From assembly GCA_035084275.1 (NCBI GenBank), contig CM068746.1:27714001-27778000 (forward strand): a stretch of 64,000 bases of DNA, given 5' to 3'. The notes below the pieces were generated by a model that searched no databases, was not told the DNA's origin, and saw only the letters and a program-made list of their open reading frames with translations. Both the position numbers and the translations under genes were made by a program. Of this stretch, positions 24,338-36,300 are shown one piece after another. The stretch comes from Hydrolagus colliei (Eukaryota). Positions within the stretch are counted from its first letter, which is position 1. Each line of letters starts with the position of its first letter.

Positions 24338-25048
24338 GTAATGTATTGACTTACATGTCCATATATCAGCAGACTGATATAGATTCAATGTAAAGCTTTT
24401 ACTTTATAAGTATCTTTTCCAGAGATGAACTGCATAATCTGGTGTGAAAGCGGTATGAATTATCTTGTTGTGGTTAGGTAAATGGGTATCTGTTTGACTC
24501 TTGCACCACTGTGACCAGCACACCTGATAATGTTGTCCACTACAATACAATGTGCGAGTTTTTAGGATCTTAACAACTGATTAACAACATATCACATTTT
24601 CTCAATCACAAGGAATTTTTATACAAATTCAGACTCCCAATTCGAATACAGTGTCATCGGTTGCATATTTTATTCAGCAAATCATAATCATTTTACCCTG
24701 TGTGTGCTTTAAATAGCAGGTTTTTATCAATACACTAATGAAAGCTTTGGCGTTTGTGAAGGTCACAATTCTTAAATTGCTTAACCCCAGAGTGCATATT
24801 AAATAATAATTGCATAAAACCTTTTAAAGTTTTTGTCGAAGCATTTTTTCACAGTGGATTCTCTGACTCACTCACATGCTGCAGAGACCAACATTTCATA
24901 GTTCAGCTGCACATGGCAGAGCAGATAACAATAAATAATTATCCTTGCATTTTATATAGCACCTCATCACATCGTTGAGATGTCTCAAAGCACTTTGTGG
25001 AATATATTGATTGTGTATTTTGTAGATAAAGTACAGTCTGCCATCGTG

Positions 25049-25390
25049 GAGCTCCAGTGGCTTAGTGGTTAGAGCACTTGCCTTGTCAAGCTGGGGAGGC
25101 CAAACTGGGGAGATCTGTATACGAATCCAGGCAGGTCACGGTGAAACCTTGGGCAAGTTTCCTTACTCCACACACCTAATAATCCCTCAAAAAAAACCCA
25201 CAATAATAAAATTGGTCATTTCAATCCACGACAGTTTGTGGGACACTGCTGTGCGCAATTGGCTGCCGTGATTCGCCCACAAATATATACAGTCAATTTG
25301 CTTTACAGTATATTCTGTGAAGCGCTTTGGGACGTTGATAAAATGTGAAAAGCACTATATCAAATGCAAGGATTATTATTATTATTATTA
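25049..25390 (+). mobile_element. full-length tRNA-derived SINE
   Basis: tRNA-like head (gtggcttagtggttagagcacttgccttgtcaag), body and (TTA)n tail; adjacent to an opposite-strand tail at ~24935-25045. Confidence 0.88.
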
Positions 25391-25516
25391 TCTCACCAAG
25401 GCCGATAACCTGAATTAAACTCTTGATGGACAAAAGTTGTACATGGCTCCAATCCGCGATTGTCTTTCCATGTTTGTTGAATGCTATTTGGTAATTCTAC
25501 TTGTTATTTTATTTAG

Positions 25517-25653
25517 TGGTCTTTTGGCGTTCTGCTGTGGGAGTTGATGACCCGAGGAGCTCCAGCATACCCTGATGTTGATTCATTCGACATTACTATC
25601 TACCTATTGAAAGGGAGGAGGTTGCTGCAGCCTGAATACTGCCCTGACTCATT
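25517..25653 (+). CDS. MET: MET exon 20 equivalent
   Basis: 137 nt; [45 protein letters not shown]. Confidence 0.98.
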
Positions 25654-25902
25654 GTAAGTTAAATGTATTGGGAATGGTTTAATAACTTGTAACTTTACTG
25701 GACAGTGTCGCATGGGCCTCTGAAATGCTCCTGCAGTCATTTACACTTCCTGTAACTTTGAGACGTCCTGTCAACTTGTAAGGCGCTATAACGTGTGCAG
25801 AATTATTATCCTTATTATTATCATTTGTTTCATAAACCAACAAGGCCATCCATTTTCAAACATGTCCTAACATGTGTATATGACTTTTTTTTAAAATGAC
25901 AG

Positions 25903-26104
25903 ATATGAAATCATGCTGAAATGCTGGCATCCGAAGCCTGAAATGCGACCGGCATTCACTGAACTAGTTTCAAAAATATCAACAATCCTTTCCACTTTCA
26001 CTGGGGATCATTATATACAGTTGAATGCAACCTATGTGAATCTAGACTGGACAACACCCTATCCACCAGTCGTTTCATCTCAAGATACACAGGCTCAGGT
26101 GTGA
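25903..26104 (+). CDS. MET: MET last coding exon, multisubstrate docking site, stop TGA
   Basis: [18 protein letters not shown]...[33 protein letters not shown]. Confidence 0.97.
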
Positions 26105-26906
26105 GCTGAAATTCAAGAGCGTTATGGTAATGGATATTTTTCTCACCAGGTAAAAATGTAGGAAATCCTTCTTGGCAGCTACAGAAAGAAGCCTTGAAAT
26201 TAAATGTGCGATTTGTATCAAGAATATCAAAACACACTGAATCTTGAACAGCTTCAGAGAGAAGCCATAAAGGAAGCATTGCCTTTTAAAGACAGTAGTC
26301 CTTGTACTGTGTCATTGCGAAAGCTGTTTCTACTTACTGATGTAACATTTTATTGTGATGTGAACTGCTGGAGAAAAAAGTTACGGTAGATGTTTTTAGA
26401 ATTTTATTTCTATTCTGGAAAATTAATGAAGTGTTCTATTTTTTATAAGAAAATGTTTATTTTTGAATCAAGTTGGTGCCATATTTGGCAACATCTAAAA
26501 CTGGACCACGTGTTTACTGGACATACAAATGTTTTATAAACTGGCATTTGTTTTTACTTCTCATTTATCCATACTGCCTCCAGAGAATAGTTACTTCTAA
26601 TAAGTAACAATTTATTTTCTGTCTTAATGTTGTTGATTAGAATCCAGTAATTGTAGGATATTGAAATGATTACAGTAGTAAATTGGTAATTGACAATTCC
26701 ATTAAAAGCAAATGTATGTGTTAAATTATTAAAATCCAGACTGTTAAGTGCTAGTTAGCAATCTGGAAAATGTTCATATAAAAGAAAGGAGGAATGCACA
26801 GATTGTTTTGTTAAGTGTACATAGTCATCGGTGGAAGTGATGCAAATAATGGTACATTTCATTCTTGAAAAACTTTCTTTATTTTTAATCCGATGTACAT
26901 ATGAAT

Positions 26907-26912
26907 AATAAA
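26907..26912 (+). terminator. candidate MET poly(A) signal AATAAA (alternative at 27949-27954)
   Basis: Hexamer in AT-rich sequence after the MET stop; actual use unknown. Confidence 0.35.
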
Positions 26913-27051
26913 GGCAGTCCACATCCTTGACATCCTTGACTTGCTTGATTTCTCTCATCTTTATGAAAATGTACATCATGTTCAATGCCATATTGTTTTC
27001 TTGTACTCAAATATGGTTGAAGTACACATAAGTACATCTTAGAGAAACCCT

Positions 27052-27356
27052 TTTTATTATACTTACATTTGATATAACGCTTTACACATCTTCTAGACAT
27101 CTCAAAGTGCTTCACAGAATATACTGTAAAGTGAATTGACTGTATATATGTGGGTGAAACTCAGCAGCCAATTGCGCACAGCTATGTCCCACAAACAGTC
27201 TTAGATTGAAATGACCAATTTATTACTTTTTTTGAGGGATTATTATTAGGATGTGGAGTAAGGAAATTTGCCCAATGTTTTGCCTGACCTGCCTGGAATT
27301 GAACCCAGATCTCTCGCTTGTAAGGTGAGTGCTCTAACCACTGAGCGACAGGACTC
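27052..27356 (-). mobile_element. full-length tRNA-derived SINE
   Basis: Reverse complement begins gagtcctgtcgctcagtggttagagcactcaccttacaagcg...ggttcaattcc and ends in the shared tail. Confidence 0.9.
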
Positions 27357-30300
27357 CAAGAAGGATCTTGTGGCATTGACAGTGAAGGGTTTCTATGGCC
27401 GACGAGTTGATTGCAAGAGAAGGGAGTATCGTTGGCATGATCAGGACCCAACCTTCACTTGCATTGCTCCCATTGCTTGTCAAGCTAAGACCACCCTACT
27501 CATGAGGGCTTGGATTTGCAGATTTAACAGGAGCTGAGTAGTATGACTTCCTGCCCTCAGTGACTGGTCTGCACTTCCAGGTCCTGCCAATGAGCCAGGC
27601 TGGGCTGTACTGTTATTGGTAGTGCTCCGGAATACAATGGTCCTGCCTGGTTCAGGAACCGGATTAGAGACTGTCAGAGAAGGCTTGCTTGAAGGGGGCA
27701 TGGAGGAGATGGTGGTGGGGTTATACGGTGGCTTCCATTTTGCATCAGTTCCACAAAACATTGATGAAAACGAATAGGAATCAGGGATGGAGTTACTCAG
27801 TAACTTGATGTATTCAAATATAAATTTTAATTTTATACCGTGTACTAATGCTCGTGGTGTATTAAGTAACATGGTGTATTAAAAACCGCTTTAGTTACAG
27901 CCAAGCACTGCTACTAAAGCAGTTTTTTTTTAACATTAAGCTTTTCATAATAAAATGTTACAAGATTAGAGTGTAATCATTGGTATTCATTTGGTTATAC
28001 TTTTACCTTGTGCTTCATTGTACATGACAGCAACAACTCGTATTTACATAGCATCCCTCACGCAGGGTACCCAGAGCACTTGACAGTGGTAGAGCAGGAT
28101 CTAGAGCCGGGGGAAGGTGACCGTAGGCGCGGTCGAAGTGGAATGTTACAGGTGCGACCTGAAGATAATAATAATCCTTGCATTTTCACATCGACGTCTC
28201 AAAGCGTCTCACAGAATATACTGTAAAGTGAATTCACTGTATATTTGTGGGCGAAACGCAGCAGCCAATTGCGCACAGCAGTATCCCCCAAACAGTCGTG
28301 GATTGAAATGACCAATTTTTATTATTGTGGTAGAGAGAGTCACAGACAGGCATAATAGAGAGAGAGGTCACAGGTGGGGATAGTGGAGTGAGTGTGTGGG
28401 AGAGGGAGAGAGGGAGGGAGGGCACAGACAGGGATAGTGTCTGTGACCATTCTCTCTCTCTCACTCACTCTGACCTCCCAAGTTGTATCCCAGTTGTATC
28501 ACACTCACTGTGTCTGACACTGGGTTGTAGCTGATGGAGGAGAATGGGGGTAAGGCAGAGGGATGGAGGGAGTGTTCCAGTCCTTAAAACGAAGTGGCTG
28601 AAAGTGCGGCAACCGATGATGGAACGGAGGACACAAGGGACAAGCAGGATATCATGTCACTCAAATAGACAGTTTCTCCTGGTTTCCGGGCCTCCAAAAT
28701 ATAAAATATTCACCTCCTTGCCGTTTCTGGGACTTTGTTGTGTGCAAATAGGCTGCTTCATTGGCCTACACACTACAATTTACAGAATTATTGTAAAACA
28801 CTCTTAGATGTTAATAGAGACAATATCAAATGCAAGGATTATTATTCTGTGGTATATATTTATATTGAATTCCTGCAAATAGGTTAGGAAAATTCAGGAT
28901 TGTTGTACAGTAGAGTGTGCATGATCAAACAGGAAATAAAGCATGGAATTTCAGCAATGCAATGTATGATTGCAAAACTTCCAGTCATAGCCTCTGGCTC
29001 CACATAACCAGTAAACATTCCATAAAAACACAAAGTCGACAAACCTTACAGAACATCCTGTGAAGCGCTTTCAGACAATGAAAGGTGCTACATCAAATTA
29101 AAGGATTCTAACTTAGCATATGGACATCCTGTAATCTCCTTGAAGCTGTTTTTCTCCTTTCTGCACTGAAGATGATGACTCTTATTATGATGTACAGTTT
29201 CACAAGGCAGTGGCTGCCCTGCCCTGCCCTGCAGTACACACCCATTCTTCATGTATGAGTCAGAGTTGACAGATTAGTAGATTTTGGAGGGATGGATCAT
29301 AGCTGAGCCCAATCCTAACTAACCCAAATGCTAACACATGTAGACTTTCTATCATGAGTCTTTAGCTAGAAATCAAGAGTGGTTTGCAACTCTTGTTCCC
29401 CTCCAAGAGTTGCGAACCAGGTGTTCCACTCAAGGACAGTGAACGTAGCATAGATTGGGAACAAAAACAATTTTCCTGCATCTGTACATTTAGAGCTAAA
29501 CCAGATTACATCTTTACCAACTGACCGGGGGAAATAGTCAAAGGATTTGGGGGGTGGGTGGAGTTGTTAAAGTCAGGATTTGATTGACTTGGCTCCACCC
29601 AAGTTTCTCCCACAAAGTATGCAGTCAATTCACTTTACAATATATTCAGCGAAGCGCTTTGAGACTTCTTGAAGATGTGATAAGGTGTTATGTCAAATGC
29701 AAACATTTATTATTATTACCCCTCTGCCAGACTGCCAGTCAGTTAGGTGTGCTGTGGGCAATCTCTGGATTCTGTTTGGCAGAATGGTCAGTGCGTGGGA
29801 TGAATGCCGTCAGCCAGTCAGCAAGTGGGTAAAAACAGCCATGTGATTGCAAATAAGTACAGGTAAGCAAGTCAGATTTGGCTGATTGTGGTCAAACCCA
29901 AAGTAATTGGAGGGAGGTCGCATATAAGCCCCGCTGAACCCCCTCTCCAGCTTCACCACTGCCACTAGCACAGCATGACAGTTGAAGTGCATATCTGATA
30001 AAACATGCTATGCACAAAATGACGTAGAAGTGACAATGATGCTTGCTTTTGATCTAGTGCTTTATCAGCATCCAGACATCACAAAGTGCTTCACAGGATA
30101 TGCAGCAAAGTGATGTAACAGCATGTATTTTGCAGTTAACAATTGAACATTTTGTACAGTAATAACATTTCAACCTGTGAAATGCCCTCAGATTTTTTCT
30201 GCCAAATTATAGTGTACATGAAGGAGAAATGGGATAAAGATGGTTAGGGTCTTGTATGGAGTATAAACAGCAGCACAGATTAAGTGTGCATAATTGCCTT

Positions 30301-30436
30301 TTCCAAGCTGTGTTATTCTATGGAACTATGTGTTCACAGCAATACTGTACTGCCCTTTCAAGTAGTACCTACAAACTGAACCATTTCTATCAAACTCCAG
30401 TGCCACACAGAAAAGCAAAACTGCTTTGCACAGAAA

Positions 30437-30455
30437 TGACCACTAGATGGTGTCA
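30437..30455 (+). promoter_or_regulatory. candidate CTCF site
   Basis: tgaccactagatggtgtca closely fits the CTCF core CCAC(C/T)AG(A/G)(G/T)GG(C/T). Confidence 0.55.
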
Positions 30456-31689
30456 ATCAATATTCATTGCTACATGTATCTGGCAAATATCCTCATCTTA
30501 ACCACCAATCCAATTATGAAGCATTCGGTAATAACATATTTTAATAGTTTATCATCACAGTGTGCCAGTGAAACACAAATACTGGAGTTGATCACTAAAA
30601 ACAGATGAAAACAAAAGTTAACGTGAAAAGATTTTTTTTAACCAATAAACCTGCTCTCTGCATTCACAACCCTCCTAAAAAAAACTCGTATTTGACTCTG
30701 CTTTCAAACACCATCTTCATTGTTTTCCCTCCTTGCTCAGTGACCTGTTCCATTTCTCCAAAGTGCTTCGAAACATGAATCGAGGGAAAATGTGCCAAAT
30801 ACAAGTGTAATTTTGTTGTTGTTTTGACTAAATACCTTTCGACCGTGGTGATAATCACCTCCTCCCTCCTCCCCAGCTCGTTCTCAGGCTCCACCACTAT
30901 GCACTCCAAGACGCTGCCCGCATGAAATGTACTATATAAATGCAAGTTGTTGTTGTAGTAAGCCAATTTTTTTTTAAAAAAGCAGCCAGTCGGTTTAGCC
31001 ATGCCAATGACCAATGGTGCAATTTCTCTCCTCCTGAATCAATAGGAAAGTAATTCCATTCATAAAGGTTCCAAAGTCATTAGGTTGCTGTATTCACAAA
31101 TTCACTGCTTTCTCTTGAAGAGAATGTAATGACGGAATGAGCTAGAAGCTTACTGATTTGCTTGAGGCTCATAGATCATCTTAGTAACAGAACAGTAACC
31201 ACACAATTTGTTCGAAATTCATACTTTCAAAAGGAGTGATAGCATAGTACAGTACACTGGAGCTCTAGCAAATTGATGGCCAATTGATGGATGCTTAAAA
31301 TTCCCCATATTGGGATTGGCCCACAAAACACAGTAGTCCCACCACTTTACTCCTCTTGTGAAGCACTTCGAGATGCCCTCCCTATTTGAAAGTCCTGAAA
31401 TGATAATATGGATTGAAGCATGATGATTTTCATTTGGGCTCAGTGCGCAAGACCAGACTACACGAGTATAAATTAAGAAACTTCAACTAAGACAGCAACT
31501 TGCATTTACAGTATATAGCACCCTTCGTGGAGGTAACACTTTACAATGTTAAGGTTGCATAGCAAGCAGGGGAAAGGGAAGGGAATGCGGGAGGTGGCCA
31601 TAGATATGATTGAAGAGGTAGTTTAATTGAGGTGGACAAGACAGAAGGTAAGAATTCAGTTCCAACGGTTAGAGACATCAAATCTGAAG

Positions 31690-32170
31690 TGGGGGCGAGA
31701 GGGGATGTGGGGAAGTTGGTGACGGTGGGTGGATGTGGGGATGGTGAGGGGAGGTGGGAGGGTTTGGGGGATGTGGGGGCGAGGGGGATGGGCGGATGTG
31801 GGGGAGGGGGGACGGTGGGGGCGAGGGGGGTGGGAGGATGTGGGGGAGGGGGGACAGTGGGGGGGAGGGGGGACGGTGGGGGCGAGGGGGGTGGGAGGAT
31901 GTGGGGGAGGGGGGGACGGTGGGGGCGAGGGGGGTGGGAGGATGTGGGGAAGGGGGGGACAGTGGGGGCGAGGGGGGTGGGAAGATGTGGGGGAGGGGGG
32001 ATGGTGGGGCGAGGGAAGGTGGGAGGGTTTGGGGGAGGGGGGACGGTGGGGGTGGGAAGATGTGGGGGAGGAGAAATGTGGGAATGGTGGAGAAGCGGGG
32101 ATGTGGGGGAGGGGGGACGGTAGGGGAGGGGGGATGTAGGGGAGCGAGAGGGGGCGAGGGAGGGTGGGGT
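31690..32170 (+). repeat. G-rich degenerate minisatellite (G-quadruplex prone)
   Basis: ~40-nt units ggatgtgggggaggggggggacggtgggggcgagggggg; source of Gly/Pro-rich spurious ORFs. Confidence 0.9.
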
Positions 32171-32219
32171 CGGGCTGGGAGGTGTGTGTTGAAGCAGGAG
32201 ATCAGCAGGGAGGTAACAG

Positions 32220-32520
32220 AGCGGCGGGGACGCGCGCGGAGGGAGGGCGGGGCCGCGCGCGGAGGGAGGGCGGGGCCGCGCGCGGAGGGAGGGCGGGGCC
32301 GCGCGCGGAGGGAGGGCGGGGCCGCGCGCGGAGGGAGGGCGGGGCCGCGCGCGGAGGGAGGGCGGAGAGCGGCGGAGACGCGCACGGAGGGAGGGCGGGG
32401 ACGGGGCGGCGCTGCGCGTGCACGAGGCCAGTTATTCTCAGCCTCGGCCAAGATGGCGGATCACGAGGAGCAGGTATCGGAGGAGGAGAAGGTGAGAGGC
32501 GGCGGGACAGCGGCCATCAG
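32220..32520 (+). promoter_or_regulatory. CAPZA2 CpG-island promoter with 23-bp GC-box tandem repeat
   Basis: CpG-dense; ~6 copies of cgcgcgcggagggagggcggggc (32231-32365); NRF1-like tgcgcgtgca; YY1-like caagatggcgg over the ATG. Confidence 0.85.
32453..32491 (+). CDS. CAPZA2: CAPZA2 exon 1 (coding part)
   Basis: MADHEEQVSEEEK, 39 nt, donor gtgaga; CAPZA2 rather than CAPZA1 by EEQ motif and MET/ST7 synteny. Confidence 0.95.
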
Positions 32521-34744
32521 CCACAACAACAACAACACACACTATCAGGGGAGGGGTGGGGGGTCTGCGCTCACTCTCTACCAGCCTCGCTGTGTGGGGA
32601 GGGGTGGGGGAGAGGGGGAGAGTCTGGCGAGGGGGCTGAGGGGGGTATTTTTAGCCGTTGCTTGACCGGTTGCCAGACACACACACACACACACACAGCG
32701 ACCCCGGTGGCCTCTCTCTCTCTCAGTCCTTGTAGGGACCGGGGGGCGTCCCCCGGCGCCATCTCCATCTCCCCCGCCCCGCTCTGGGTGGGGGGGGGGG
32801 GATCAGCGAGCAGCCCGCGGGCCGCACGGGAGGTGTGTAGGTGGGGGGGGCTGTACGTTACCCCGGGGCCCGGCTCTGGGGTCTGACATTCATCCCCGAG
32901 GAGGAGGGTAGTAAGGGGGGGGGGGGGGGTCCTCTTCTTTCGGCCGCTCAGTACCTCCTCCTCCTCCTCCCTCTCCCTCTCTCTCTCCCTCCGCCCCGGG
33001 CTGTGGGGTGAGGAGCTCCGGGCTCCTCATTAATATCTTTAATAAAGTGACTGAAGTCCTGTCAGTCAGCCCCTCTCCCCCCCCCCCCCCACCCACTATA
33101 AAGCCATCAACAACACCTTGCAGTCAGTGCCCTCCATCCATCCATTATCACCCTATCCTCTCCTGTAATATCGTCTCCCTCCCCCCTCCACACACACACA
33201 CACACACTCTTACTGCAAGTGGTTAAAGTTGTGATCTGGGCAAATAATAATAATAGTAATAACCATCATCCTTGCATTTGGTTTAGCGCCTTATCATGTC
33301 CTCGAGACGTCTCAAAGCGCTTCAACTCCACCGATGGCCTTCACATGATTTGCAGCAAAGTGTTTATTATTCCGAATCATAAACTTTGCGTTTGGTATTG
33401 TACCTGATCACATCGTTGGGACGTCTCGAAGCGCTTCACAGAAATGTGTTGAGAAATGGATTGACTGTATATTTTGTGAGTGAAACGCGACAGCCGGTTG
33501 CGCACAGCAGTGTCCCACAAACTGCATTGGATTTGTTTTGTGTAGAAGATGGCCAGTCAGCCAATCCTTGTCGCTTTGCTTTTAAGGGAGTTTGCTACCC
33601 CCCACCCCCCCACCACAGTTGTCAGCCATAATAATAATCCTTGCATAATAAATACATATTATGCATAGTGAATTTTTTAAGACCACAATTCTGGTGGGGG
33701 TGTGGGCTTGGAGGCTGATTTTAACTTTACACTGCAAGATGATTTTGCTGTAGGTCATTGAATTGTTGTTTAGTTTCAGTAAACACTGAAGTAAACATCC
33801 TGGTCTGCAGCTCCCACCCCACCGCCTTTCTCTCGCTCATGTATTTCACAGTGATGTAGGGTTTTTGTTTCTCCTGCTCATGGTAAACAGAAGTAGGAAA
33901 ATGTTTCACACAGAAGAGAGCTGTAAGATAGTACTGTATGTATTTACTAATCTAAGGTTGACTGCTGCATTTTAGATTGATCTCACATCTCCAGAATGTT
34001 TGTGTGCAGAATTTGAAAGATTAATCAAGTAGCACTGAAAGAAATTTTACCAATTGAAAATCTCAAAGTTATTTGTTTTATGCAGTCTGTCTGTTTCAAG
34101 AGAAACATTAAAGATCCCGTGAAACAAACAGTATTTTAAGGAGAGGGGATGTTTTCCCATGTATCCTGAATAATTCTCCTGATTATTTGGTGATTCATCT
34201 CACTTTGATTTATTTTTCCCAATTTCTAGTGGGGACGAGAGAGAGGGCTTGATATGATAGTGTTTCGGTAGGTGAACCAAGCAGTTTGTTATTAAACAAT
34301 TGAGATTGTTGGTTCTAATATAATTGATGGCTTTATTATTAAAAGAAGCTAATAGACCAATATTTCTGAATGTTTTATGAGCTTTGATTTTCTGTATCCA
34401 TATGGGAGGTAACATTTCTGCGTTGGAATTTGTATTATGACTAATTGTAATATCTTGCAGTTATCTGAAGTAAAGCAGGGTGTTGGTTTTCTTAATATTT
34501 ACTTATCAGTTATTTTCCTTTGTGAATGGTGCGATGGAGAATGGTTTATCAGTAAGGAAACTGGAATATCCACTTTTAAGAAAACTATGATGCAATATTT
34601 AAAGCAGGTTTTTCAACCATTTCAGTACAGTAGTCATTGTCAACATCTGAGATGAATTACCTGCTTTATTTTCCCCCTGTTTTTATACTGTTTATACTTT
34701 TTCATCTCCCCTCTTCTGTTTAACTGTTCTTTGCTTGAGAAGTT

Positions 34745-35005
34745 AAGCCAGCATGCCCACTTTAAGCGGACATTAAAGATCCGATTATTACTATGACAAA
34801 AAAGGGAGTTTCCCCTCAGGTCCTGGCTAGCAATGTTCCATATAAATTGGTCATTTATTTCCAAGCTGTTTGTGTGGGGCGTTGCTGTCTGCAAATTAGT
34901 TGCTTCCTTTGCCTACCAATACAGTCACTTGACGGCAATTCCCTGTGAAGTTGTTTGAGACGTATCAATGTTAGAGGTGAAATATCAAATGCAAAGGATG
35001 TTGTT
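34745..35005 (+). mobile_element. Deu-domain SINE fragment
   Basis: gcggacattaaagatcc...gggagtttcccctcaggtcctggc plus shared tail. Confidence 0.65.
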
Positions 35006-36236
35006 GACCTTACCCTTATGCTAAGAATTGGCTTTATGCTAATGGAGGTATTATTTACCCACATGTAATGAGTGAAACCACTCTCAAATCAAAGGATATT
35101 GTGTATTGAAGTTTTTAATACACAATAATACAGTTTTTAATACACAATAACTGTGTATTAATACATGAATACACAGTATACAATAAGATTTGTCTCAGTA
35201 TGAATGGAGAGATGATGTTAGATCACATCACTGCAAACAATGTTGAAATTGCCTTAAAATTGGTTATTTAACACAGAAACATTATAAGTCAAGTGACATA
35301 AATGTGTTTTTACTTTCTGGAAAGGGAGTTTTTATATTGTAAGAAGATTATGATTAGACCCTAAGGTTTATTTGTGATTTGTGTATTGCATTGAAATGTT
35401 ATCACTTTTTCCTAGTAGGGGATGTAGACCTCATGCTGCTATCAGAGGTATTGATTGATAAAATCAAATTTGGCGAACATTTTCGTGTTGCTCTGAAATG
35501 TCATAAATTGCACATCTCAGTAAGTTCTTCACATCTCTATTTCATCCATCAGAATTAGTTTATCAATCTCTGTTTGATTCATGTTCAATGTTTTGTGGTA
35601 ATTTGGGGAAAGAAAATAGGTGCAATACTGAATTTGACTCTTTTAAACATTCGATACTGTTCTTCATATTCAGTTCCATTAAGTTTTGAACACATTGAAA
35701 GTTGAAAACTTGGAACCTGATAACATATGTTAAAAGGAAGAAATACTGCAGCTTCTCAGGTTACCAGTTCAACATTCAAGCATTTTTATGCACATTCATT
35801 GCACTTTATTACTTTCAAGTTAACCTTACAACAGTCCAGGTTGCCTTAAGTCAACCTTTGAAGTTGACCTGCACACATTGTTAACACTGAACGTTGGTGT
35901 CCATACTTCTTTATTTAATAGCCTTTTAAATTATGTATCCTTCAGTTCTAGAGTGACTTTCATGATCTGACCTTTTACAGTGTTATTAATAAATTTGGTG
36001 TCAGCTTCACTCAGTTTGTAGCACTTCCACCTCTGGTGTCAAAGGTTGTAGGTCAAGAATAAAGTCGGTACTTGAGCTCATAGACCATACCCATATGATC
36101 TATGAGGTCTATTTATACCCATACAGCACTGGGGGAGCCCTACATTGTTGGAAATGCGGCCGTCCAAATGAGCCTGCTAAACCAAGGAGTTGAGAGCATT
36201 TAATCTGTGAAGCATTTAGAAATGTTTTCATAGGCA

Positions 36237-36239
<3 letters not shown>

Positions 36240-36278
<39 letters not shown>

Positions 36279-36300
36279 GTCTGTGTCTGTCTGTCTGTCT
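36240..36300 (+). repeat. (CT)n/(CTGT)n microsatellite
   Basis: Directly visible. Confidence 0.95.

Noticed and set aside
31632-32886. Long Gly/Arg/Pro-rich ORFs (up to 303 aa)
   Set aside because: Stop-free translations of G-rich repeats and the CpG island; only MADHEEQVSEEEK is supported.
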